Source: Auanema rhodensis
Lineage: Eukaryota; Animalia; Nematoda
DNA length: 64,000 nucleotides
Assembly: GCA_964057225.1 (NCBI GenBank)
Contig: CAXKVF010000072.1
Location: forward strand, 186,001 to 250,000
Direction of reading: 5' to 3'
The translations under genes and the position numbers were made by a program. Under the pieces are notes generated by a model that was not told the origin of the DNA, made no database searches, and saw nothing but the letters and a program-made list of their open reading frames with translations. This document shows, piece after piece, positions 1 to 11,800 of this stretch. Each line of letters begins with the position of its first letter. Position 1 is the first letter of the stretch.

Positions 1-176
1 TTTAATTAGCATAAATTAAAGTTCACGTAAATTTCAAAGTCATGGTTACCATGCACCAATATCAATAAAAATTTGTTTTTAGACTAATATGGACATGGGG
101 AATCTAATTTTGAAAACCGCATCTCTTTATCTTTCACGTGAAGCGAGTTACATACCAAGTGCACATCACGTGTACA
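1..176. repeat. Reference monomer (arbitrary phase), 176 bp, 56-57 G+C (~32%)
   Basis: Direct reading. The main polymorphism is A/C at position 54 (atgaacc vs atgcacc). One BstEII (ggttacc), one ApaLI (gtgcac), one BsrGI (tgtaca) and two PmlI (cacgtg) sites occur per consensus unit. Confidence 0.98.
133..142. other. Perfect 10-bp palindrome TTCACGTGAA containing an E-box/G-box core, present in most monomers (second CACGTG at 167-172)
   Basis: The motif is seen directly. Protein binding is not demonstrated. Confidence 0.6.
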
Positions 177-3100
177 TTTAATTAGCATAAATTAAAGTTC
201 ACGTAAATTTCAAAGTCATGGTTACCATGCACCAATATCAATAAAAATTTGTTTTTAGACTAATATGGACATGGGGAATCTAATTTTGAAAACCGCATCT
301 CTTTATCTTTCACGTGAAGCGAGTTACATACCAAGTGCACATCACGTGTACATTTAATTAGCATAAATTAAAGTTCACGTAAAATTCAAAGTCATGGTTA
401 CCATGCACCAATATCAATAAAAATTTGTTTTTAGACTAATATGGACATGGGGAATCTAATTTTGAAAACCGCATCTCTTTATCTTTCACGTGAAGCGAGT
501 TACATACCAAGTGCACATCACGTGTACATTTAATTAGCATAAATTAAAGTTCACGTAAATTTCAAAGTCATGGTTACCATGCACCAATATCAATAAAAAT
601 TTGTTTTTAGACTAATATGGACATGGGGAATCTAATTTTGAAAACCGCATCTCTTTATCTTTCACGTGAAGCGAGTTACATACCAAGTGCACATCACGTG
701 TACATTTAATTAGCATAAATTAAAGTTCACGTAAATTTCAAAGTCATGGTTACCATGAACCAATATCAATAAAAATTTGTTTTTAGACTAATATGGACAT
801 GGGGAATCTAATTTTGAAAACCGCATCTCTTTATCTTTCACGTGAAGCGAGTTACATACCAAGTGCACATCACGTGTACATTTAATTAGCATAAATTAAA
901 GTTCACGTAAATTTCAAAGTCATGGTTACCATGCACCAATATCAATAAAAATTTGTTTTTAGACTAATATGGACATGGGGAATCTAATTTTGAAAACCGC
1001 ATCTCTTTATCTTTCACGTGAAGCGAGTTACATACCAAGTGCACATCACGTGTACATTTAATTAGCATAAATTAAAGTTCACGTAAAATTCAAAGTCATG
1101 GTTACCATGAACCAATATCAATAAAAATTTGTTTTTAGACTAATATGGACATGGGGAATCTAATTTTGAAAACCGCATCTCTTTATCTTTCACGTGAAGC
1201 GAGTTACATACCATATGCACATCACGTGTACATTTAATTAGCATAAATTAAAGTTCACGTAAATTTCAAAGTCATGGTTACCATGAACCAATATCAATAA
1301 AAATTTGTTTTTAGACTAATATGGACATGGGGAATCTAATTTTGAAAACCGCATCTCTTCATCTTTCACGTGAAGCGAGTTACATACCAAGTGCACATCA
1401 CGTGTACATTTAATTAGCATAAATTAAAGTTCACGTAAATTTCAAAGTCATGGTTACCATGAAGCAATATCAATAAAAATTTGTTTTTAGACTAATATGG
1501 ACATGGGGAATCTAATTTTGAAAACCGCATCTCTTTATCTTTCACGTGAAGCGAGTTACATACCAAGTGCACATCACGTGTACATTTAATTAGCATAAAT
1601 TAAAGTTCACGTAAAATTCAAAGTCATGGTTACCATGAACCAATATCAATAAAAATTTGTTTTTAGACTAATATGGACATGGGGAATCTAATTTTGAAAA
1701 CCGCATCTCTTTATCTTTCACGTGAAGCGAGTTACATACCATATGCACATCACGTGTACATTTAATTAGCATAAATTAAAGTTCACGTAAATTTCAAAGT
1801 CATGGTTACCATGAACCAATATCAATAAAAATTTGTTTTTAGACTAATATGGACATGGGGAATCTAATTTTGAAAACCGCATCTCTTCATCTTTCACGTG
1901 AAGCGAGTTACATACCAAGTGCACATCACGTGTACATTTAATTAGCATAAATTAAAGTTCACGTAAATTTCAAAGTCATGGTTACCATGCACCAATATCA
2001 ATAAAAATTTGTTTTTAGACTAATATGGACATGGGGAATCTAATTTTGAAAACCGCATCTCTTTATCTTTCACGTGAAGCGAGTTACATACCAAGTGCAC
2101 ATCACGTGTACATTTAATTAGCATAAATTAAAGTTCACGTAAAATTCAAAGTCATGGTTACCATGAACCAATATCAATAAAAATTTGTTTTTAGACTAAT
2201 ATGGACATGGGGAATCTAATTTTGAAAACCGCATCTCTTTATCTTTCACGTGAAGCGAGTTACATACCAAGTGCACATCACGTGTACATTTAATTAGCAT
2301 AAATTAAAGTTCACGTAAATTTCAAAGTCATGGTTACCATGAACCAATATCAATAAAAATTTGTTTTTAGACTAATATGGACATGGGGAATCTAATTTTG
2401 AAAACCGCATCTCTTCATCTTTCACGTGAAGCGAGTTACATACCAAGTGCACATCACGTGTACATTTAATTAGCATAAATTAAAGTTCACGTAAATTTCA
2501 AAGTCATGGTTACCATGCACCAATATCAATAAAAATTTGTTTTTAGACTAATATGGACATGGGGAATCTAATTTTGAAAACCGCATCTCTTTATCTTTCA
2601 CGTGAAGCGAGTTACATACCAAGTGCACATCACGTGTACATTTAATTAGCATAAATTAAAGTTCACGTAAAATTCAAAGTCATGGTTACCATGAACCAAT
2701 ATCAATAAAAATTTGTTTTTAGACTAATATGGACATGGGGAATCTAATTTTGAAAACCGCATCTCTTTATCTTTCACGTGAAGCGAGTTACATACCAAGT
2801 GCACATCACGTGTACATTTAATTAGCATAAATTAAAGTTCACGTAAATTTCAAAGTCATGGTTACCATGCACCAATATCAATAAAAATTTGTTTTTAGAC
2901 TAATATGGACATGGGGAATCTAATTTTGAAAACCGCATCTCTTTATCTTTCACGTGAAGCGAGTTACATACCAAGTGCACATCACGTGTACATTTAATTA
3001 GCATAAATTAAAGTTCACGTAAAATTCAAAGTCATGGTTACCATGCACCAATATCAATAAAAATTTGTTTTTAGACTAATATGGACATGGGGAATCTAAT

Positions 3101-5456
3101 TTTGAAAACCGCATCTCTTTATCTTTCACGTGAAGCGAGTTACATACCAAGTGCACATCACGTGTACATTTAATTAGCATAAATTAAAGTTCACGTAAAT
3201 TTCAAAGTCATGGTTACCATGCACCAATATCAATAAAAATTTGTTTTTAGACTAATATGGACATGGGGAATCTAATTTTGAAAACCGCATCTCTTTATCT
3301 TTCACGTGAAGCGAGTTACATACCAAGTGCACATCACGTGTACATTTAATTAGCATAAATTAAAGTTCACGTAAATTTCAAAGTCATGGTTACCATGAAC
3401 CAATATCAATAAAAATTTGTTTTTAGACTAATATGGACATGGGGAATCTAATTTTGAAAACCGCATCTCTTTATCTTTCACGTGAAGCGAGTTACATACC
3501 AAGTGCACATCACGTGTACATTTAATTAGCATAAATTAAAGTTCACGTAAATTTCAAAGTCATGGTTACCATGCACCAATATCAATAAAAATTTGTTTTT
3601 AGACTAATATGGACATGGGGAATCTAATTTTGAAAACCGCATCTCTTTATCTTTCACGTGAAGCGAGTTACATACCAAGTGCACATCACGTGTACATTTA
3701 ATTAGCATAAATTAAAGTTCACGTAAAATTCAAAGTCATGGTTACCATGAACCAATATCAATAAAAATTTGTTTTTAGACTAATATGGACATGGGGAATC
3801 TAATTTTGAAAACCGCATCTCTTTATCTTTCACGTGAAGCGAGTTACATACCATATGCACATCACGTGTACATTTAATTAGCATAAATTAAAGTTCACGT
3901 AAATTTCAAAGTCATGGTTACCATGAACCAATATCAATAAAAATTTGTTTTTAGACTAATATGGACATGGGGAATCTAATTTTGAAAACCGCATCTCTTC
4001 ATCTTTCACGTGAAGCGAGTTACATACCAAGTGCACATCACGTGTACATTTAATTAGCATAAATTAAAGTTCACGTAAATTTCAAAGTCATGGTTACCAT
4101 GAAGCAATATCAATAAAAATTTGTTTTTAGACTAATATGGACATGGGGAATCTAATTTTGAAAACCGCATCTCTTTATCTTTCACGTGAAGCGAGTTACA
4201 TACCAAGTGCACATCACGTGTACATTTAATTAGCATAAATTAAAGTTCACGTAAAATTCAAAGTCATGGTTACCATGAACCAATATCAATAAAAATTTGT
4301 TTTTAGACTAATATGGACATGGGGAATCTAATTTTGAAAACCGCATCTCTTTATCTTTCACGTGAAGCGAGTTACATACCATATGCACATCACGTGTACA
4401 TTTAATTAGCATAAATTAAAGTTCACGTAAATTTCAAAGTCATGGTTACCATGAACCAATATCAATAAAAATTTGTTTTTAGACTAATATGGACATGGGG
4501 AATCTAATTTTGAAAACCGCATCTCTTCATCTTTCACGTGAAGCGAGTTACATACCAAGTGCACATCACGTGTACATTTAATTAGCATAAATTAAAGTTC
4601 ACGTAAATTTCAAAGTCATGGTTACCATGCACCAATATCAATAAAAATTTGTTTTTAGACTAATATGGACATGGGGAATCTAATTTTGAAAACGGCATCT
4701 CTTTATCTTTCACGTGAAGCGAGTTACATACCAAGTGCACATCACGTGTACATTTAATTAGCATAAATTAAAGTTCACGTAAAATTCAAAGTCATGGTTA
4801 CCATGAACCAATATCAATAAAAATTTGTTTTTAGACTAATATGGACATGGGGAATCTAATTTTGAAAACCGCATCTCTTTATCTTTCACGTGAAGCGAGT
4901 TACATACCAAGTGCACATCACGTGTACATTTAATTAGCATAAATTAAAGTTCACGTAAATTTCAAAGTCATGGTTACCATGAACCAATATCAATAAAAAT
5001 TTGTTTTTAGACTAATATGGACATGGGGAATCTAATTTTGAAAACCGCATCTCTTCATCTTTCACGTGAAGCGAGTTACATACCAAGTGCACATCACGTG
5101 TACATTTAATTAGCATAAATTAAAGTTCACGTAAATTTCAAAGTCATGGTTACCATGCACCAATATCAATAAAAATTTGTTTTTAGACTAATATGGACAT
5201 GGGGAATCTAATTTTGAAAACCGCATCTCTTTATCTTTCACGTGAAGCGAGTTACATACCAAGTGCACATCACGTGTACATTTAATTAGCATAAATTAAA
5301 GTTCACGTAAAATTCAAAGTCATGGTTACCATGAACCAATATCAATAAAAATTTGTTTTTAGACTAATATGGACATGGGGAATCTAATTTTGAAAACCGC
5401 ATCTCTTTATCTTTCACGTGAAGCGAGTTACATACCAAGTGCACATCACGTGTACA
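177..5456. repeat. 15-monomer (2640 bp) higher-order repeat, two tandem copies (monomers 2-16 and 17-31)
   Basis: The order of variants T32A, A/C54, C56G, T128C and AG158-159TA is the same in 177-2816 and 2817-5456. The only difference seen is C118G at 4694. Confidence 0.9.
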
Positions 5457-8400
5457 TTTAATTAGCATAAATTAAAGTTCACGTAAAATTCAAAGTCATG
5501 GTTACCATGCACCAATATCAATAAAAATTTGTTTTTAGACTAATATGCACATGGGGAATCTAATTTTGAAAACCGCATCTCTTTATCTTTCACGTGAAGC
5601 GAGTTACATACCAAGTGCACATCACGTGTACATTTAATTAGCATAAATTAAAGTTCACGTAAATTTCAAAGTCATGGTTACCATGCACCAATATCAATAA
5701 AAATTTGTTTTTAGACTAATATGGACATGGGGAATCTAATTTTGAAAACCGCATCTCTTTATCTTTCACGTGAAGCGAGTTACATACCAAGTGCACATCA
5801 CGTGTACATTTAATTAGCATAAATTAAAGTTCACGTAAATTTCAAAGTCATGGTTACCATGAACCAATATCAATAAAAATTTGTTTTTAGACTAATATGG
5901 ACATGAGGAATCTAATTTTGAAAACCGCATCTCTTTATCTTTCACGTGAAGCGACTTACATACCAAGTGCACATCACGTGTACATTTAATTAGCATAAAT
6001 TAAAGTTCACGTAAATTTCAAAGTCATGGTTACCATGAACCAATATCAATAAAAATTTGTTTTTAGACTAATATGGACATGTTGAATCTAATTTTGAAAA
6101 CCGCATCTCTTTATCTTTCACGTGAAGCGAGTTACATACCAAGTGCACATCACGTGTACATTTAATTAGCATAAATTAAAGTTCACGTAAATTTCAAAGT
6201 CATGGTTACCATGAAGCAATATCAATAAAAATTTGTTTTTAGACTAATATGGACATGGGGAATCTAATTTTGAAAACCGCTTCTCTTTATCTTTCACGTG
6301 AAGCGAGTTACATACCAAGTGCACATCACGTGTACATTTAATTAGCATAAATTAAAGTTCACGTAAATTTCAAAGTCATGGTTACCATGAAGCAATATCA
6401 ATAAAAATTTGTTTTTAGACTAATATGGACATGAAGAATCTAATTTTGAAAACCGCATCTCTTTATCTTTCACGTGAAGCGAGTTACATACCAAGTGCAC
6501 ATCACGTGTACATTTAATTAGCATAAATTAAAGTTCACGTAAATTTCAAAGTCATGGTTACCATGAACCAATATCAATAAAAATTTGTTTTTAGACTAAT
6601 ATGGACATGGGGAATCTAATTTTGAAAACCGCATCTCTTTATCTTTCACGTGAAGCGAGTTACATACCAAGTGCACATCACGTGTACATTTAATTAGCAT
6701 AAATTAAAGTTCACGTAAATTTCAAAGTCATGGTTACCATGAACCAATATCAATAAAAATTTGTTTTTAGACTAATATGGACATGGGTAATCTAATTTTG
6801 AAAACCGCATCTCTTTATCTTTCACGTGAAGCGAGTTACATACCAAGTGCACATCACGTGTACATTTAATTAGCATAAATTAAAGTTCACGTAAATTTCA
6901 AAGTCATGGTTACCATGCACCAATATCAATAAAAATTTGTTTTTAGACTAATATGGACATGGGGAATCTAATTTTGAAAACCGCATCTCTTTATCTTTCA
7001 CGTGAAGCGAGTTACATACCAAGTGCACATCACGTGTACATTTAATTAGCATAAATTAAAGTTCACGTAAATTTCAAAGTTATGGTTACCATGCACCAAT
7101 ATCAATAAAAATTTGTTTTTAGACTAATATGGACATGGGGAATCTAATTTTGAAAACCGCATCTCTTTATCTTTCACGTGAAGCGAGTTACATACCAAGT
7201 GCACATCACGTGTACAATTAATTAGCATAAATTAAAGTTCACGTAAATTTCAAAGTCATGGTTACCATGAACCAATATCAATAAAAATTTGTTTTTAGAC
7301 TAATATGGACATGGGGAATCTAATTTTGAAAACCGCATTTCTTTATCTTTCACGTGAAGCGAGTCACATACCAAGTGCACATCACGTGTACATTTAATTA
7401 GCATAAATTAAAGTTCACGTAAATTTCAAAGTCATGGTTACCATGCACCAATATCAATAAAAATTTGTTTTTAGACTAATATGGACATGGGGAATCTAAT
7501 TTTGAAAACCGCATCTCTTTATCTTTCACGTGAAGCGAGTTACATACCAAGTGCACATCACGTGTACATTTAATTAGCATAAATTAAAGTTCACGTAAAT
7601 TTCAAAGTCATGGTTACCATGCACCAATATCAATAAAAATTTGTTTTTAGACTAATATGGACATGGGGAATCTAATTTTGAAAACCGCATCTCTTTATCT
7701 TCCACGTGAAGCGAGTTACATACCAAGTGCACATCACGTGTACATTTAATTAGCATAAATTAAAGTTCACGTAAATTTCAAAGTCATGGTTACCATGAAC
7801 CAATATCAATAAAAATTTGTTTTTAGACTAATATGTACATGGGGAATCTAATTTTGAAAACCGCATCTCTTCATATTTCACGTGAAGCGAGTTACATACC
7901 AAGTGCACATCACGTGTACATTTAATTAGCATAAATTAAAGTTCACGTAAATTTCAAAGTCATGGTTACCATGCACCAATATCAATAAAAATTTGTTTTT
8001 AGACTAATATGGACATGGGGAATCTAATTTTGAAAACCGCATCTCTTTATCTTTCACGTGAAGCGAGTTACATACCAAGTGCACATCACGTGTACATTTA
8101 ATTAGCATAAATTAAAGTTCACGTAAATTTCAAAGTTATGGTTACCATGCACCAATATCAATAAAAATTTGTTTTTAGACTAATATGGACATGGGGAATC
8201 TAATTTTGAAAACCGCATCTCTTTATCTTTCACGTGAAGCGAGTTACATACCAAGTGCACATCACGTGTACAATTAATTAGCATAAATTAAAGTTCACGT
8301 AAATTTCAAAGTCATGGTTACCATGAACCAATATCAATAAAAATTTGTTTTTAGACTAATATGGACATGGGGAATCTAATGTTGAAAACCGCATCTCTTC

Positions 8401-8624
8401 ATATTTCACGTGAAGCGAGTTACATACCAAGTGCACATCACGTGTACATTTAATTAGCATAAATTAAAGTTCACGTAAATTTCAAAGTCATGGTTACCAT
8501 GCACCAATATCAATAAAAATTTGTTTTTAGACTAATATGGACATGGGGAATCTAATTTTGAAAACCGCATCTCTTCATATTTCACGTGAAGCGAGTTACA
8601 TACCAAGTGCACATCACGTGTACA

Positions 8625-8801
8625 TTTAATTAGCATAAATTAAAGTTCACGTAAATTTCAAAGTCATGGTTACCATGCACCAATATCAATAAAAATTTGT
8701 TTTTAGACTAATATGGACATGGGGAATCTAATTTTTTAAAACCGCATCTCTTTATCTTTCACGTGAAGCGAGTTACATACCAAGTGCACATCACGTGTAC
8801 A
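8625..8801. repeat. Single 177-bp monomer (monomer 50) carrying the only indel seen
   Basis: 'attttttaaaacc' at 8731-8743 replaces consensus 'attttgaaaacc'. The register shifts by +1 from here to the window end. Confidence 0.95.
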
Positions 8802-11800
8802 TTTAATTAGCATAAATTAAAGTTCACGTAAATTTCAAAGTCATGGTTACCATGCACCAATATCAATAAAAATTTGTTTTTAGACTAATATGGACATGGG
8901 GAATCTAATTTTGAAAACCGCATCTCTTTATCTTCCACGTGAAGCGAGTTACATACCAAGTGCACATCACGTGTACATTTAATTAGCATAAATTAAAGTT
9001 CACGTAAATTTCAAAGTCATGGTTACCATGAACCAATATCAATAAAAATTTGTTTTTAGACTAATATGTACATGGGGAATCTAATTTTGAAAACCGCATC
9101 TCTTCATATTTCACGTGAAGCGAGTTACATACCAAGTGCACATCACGTGTACATTTAATTAGCATAAATTAAAGTTCACGTAAATTTCAAAGTCATGGTT
9201 ACCATGAACCAATATCAATAAAAATTTGTTTTTAGACTAATATGGACATGGGGAATCTAATTTTGAAAACCGCATCACTTTATCTTTCACGTGAAGCGAG
9301 TTACATACCAAGTGCACATCACGTGTACATTTAATTAGCATAAATTAAAGTTCACGTAAATTTCAAAGTCATGGTTACCATGCACCAATATCAATAAAAA
9401 TTTGTTTTTAGACTAATATGGACATGGGGAATCTAATGTTGAAAACCGCATCTTTTTATCTTTCACGTGAAGCGAGTTACATACCAAGTGCACATCACGT
9501 GTACATTTAATTAGCATAAATTAAAGTTCACGTAAATTTCAAAGTCATGGTTACCATGAACCAATATCAATAAAAATTTGTTTTTAGACTAATATGGACA
9601 TGGGGAATCTAATGTTGAAAACCGCATCTCTTTATCTTTCACGTGAAGCGAGTTACATACCAAGTGCACATCACGTGTACATTTAATTAGCATAAATTAA
9701 AGTTCACGTAAATTTCAAAGTCATGGTTACCATGAACCAATATCAATAAAAATTTGTTTTTAGACTAATATGGACTTGGGGAATCTAATTTTGAAAACCG
9801 CATCTCTTTATCTTTCACGTGAAGCGAGTTACATACCAAGTGCACATCACGTGTACATTTAATTAGCATAAATTAAAGTTCACGTAAATTTCAAAGTCAT
9901 GGTTACCATGCACCAAAATCAATAAAAATTTGTTTTTAGACTAATATGGACATGGGGAATCTAATTTTGAAAACCGCATCTCTTTATCTTCCACGTGAAG
10001 CGAGTTACATACCAAGTGCACATCACGTGTACATTTAATTAGCATAAATTAAAGTTCACGTAAATTTCAAAGTCATGGTTACCATGAACCAATATCAATA
10101 AAAATTTGTTTTTAGACTAATATGAACATGGGGAATCAAATTTTGAAAACCGCATCTCTTTATCTTTCACGTGAAGCGAGTTACATACCAAGTGCACATC
10201 ACGTGTACATTTAATTAGCATAAATTAAAGTTCACGTAAATTTCAAAGTCATGGTTACCATGAACCAATATCAATAAAAATTTGTTTTTAGACTAATATG
10301 GACATGGGGAATCTAATTTTGAAAACCGCATCACTTTATCTTTCACGTGAAGCGAGTTACATACCAAGTGCACATCACGTGTACATTTAATTAGCATAAA
10401 TTAAAGTTCACGTAAATTTCAAAGTCATGGTTACCATGCACCAATATCAATAAAAATTTGTTTTTAGACTAATATGGACATGGGGAATCTAATTTTGAAA
10501 ACCGCATCTCTTTATCTTTCACGTGAAGCGAGTTACATACCAAGTGCACATCACGTGTACATTTAATTAGCATAAATTAAAGTTCACGTAAATTTCAAAG
10601 TCATGGTTACCATGCACCAAAATCAATAAAAATTTGTTTTTAGACTAATATGGACATGGGGAATCTAATTTTGAAAACCGCATCTCTTTATCTTCCACGT
10701 GAAGCGAGTTACATACCAAGTGCACATCACGTGTACATTTAATTAGCATAAATTAAAGTTCACGTAAATTTCAAAGTCATGGTTACCATGAACCAATATC
10801 AATAAAAATTTGTTTTTAGACTAATATGGACATGGGGAATCTAATTTTGAAAACCGCATCTCTTGATCTTCCACGTGAAGCGAGTTACATACCAAGTGCA
10901 CATCACGTGTACATTTAATTAGCATAAATTAAAGTTCACGTAAATTTCAAAGTCATGGTTACCATGAACCAATATCAATAAAAATTTGTTTTTAGACTAA
11001 TATGAACATGGGGAATCAAATTTTGAAAACCGCATCTCTTTATCTTTCACGTGAAGCGAGTTACATACCAAGTGCACATCACGTGTACATTTAATTAGCA
11101 TAAATTAAAGTTCACGTAAATTTCAAAGTCATGGTTACCATGAACCAATATCAATAAAAATTTGTTTTTAGACTAATATGGACATGGGGAATCTAATTTT
11201 GAAAACCGCATCACTTTATCTTTCACGTGAAGCGAGTTACATACCAAGTGCACATCACGTGTACATTTAATTAGCATAAATTAAAGTTCACGTAAATTTC
11301 AAAGTCATGGTTACCATGCACCAATATTAATAAAAATTTGTTTTTAGACTAATATGGACATGGGGAATCTAATTTTGAAAACCGCATCTCTTTATCTTTC
11401 ACGTGAAGCGAGTTACATACCAAGTGCACATCACGTGTACATTTAATTAGCATAAATTAAAGTTCACGTAAATTTCAAAGTCATGGTTACCATGCACCAA
11501 TATCAATAAAAATTTGTTTTTAGACTAATATGGACATGGGGAATCTAATTTTGAAAACCGCATCTCTTTATCTTCCACGTGAAGCGAGTTACATACCAAG
11601 TGCACATCACGTGTACATTTAATTAGCATAAATTAAAGTTCACGTAAATTTCAAAGTCATGGTTACCATGAACCAATATCAATAAAAATTTGTTTTTAGA
11701 CTAATATGTACATGGGGAATCTAATTTTGAAAACCGCATCTCTTTATCTTTCACGTGAAGCGAGTTACATACCAAGTGCACATCACGTGTACATTTAATT

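Noticed and set aside
7-30. Pol III A-box/B-box-like words (tagcataa, gttcacg) with a T5 terminator, suggesting a tRNA or SINE origin
   Set aside because: Both boxes mismatch consensus, the spacing is far too short, and no cloverleaf is evident.
64-80. AATAAA followed by a T/G-rich tract (polyadenylation-like signal)
   Set aside because: Expected by chance in 68% AT DNA. The downstream element is too close and there is no transcript evidence.
32-92. Apparent mutation hotspots (all four bases seen at positions 32 and 92) and invariant blocks (42-49, 138-146)
   Set aside because: With roughly 80 events over 176 sites, a rough Poisson estimate predicts a couple of triple-hit sites and an invariant run of about 9 bp by chance.
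89-181. Short ORF MDMGNLILKTASLYLSREASYIPSAHHVYI* on the + strand in each monomer (and a ~34-codon ORF on the - strand)
   Set aside because: Lengths are expected by chance. 176 is not a multiple of 3, stops occur in every monomer, and there is no recognisable domain.
165-265. Resemblance to a budding-yeast point centromere: RTCACRTG, ~77 bp, then TGTTTTT
   Set aside because: The spacer is only ~70-75% AT rather than over 90%, the essential CDEIII CCGAA core is missing, and point centromeres are not tandemly arrayed.
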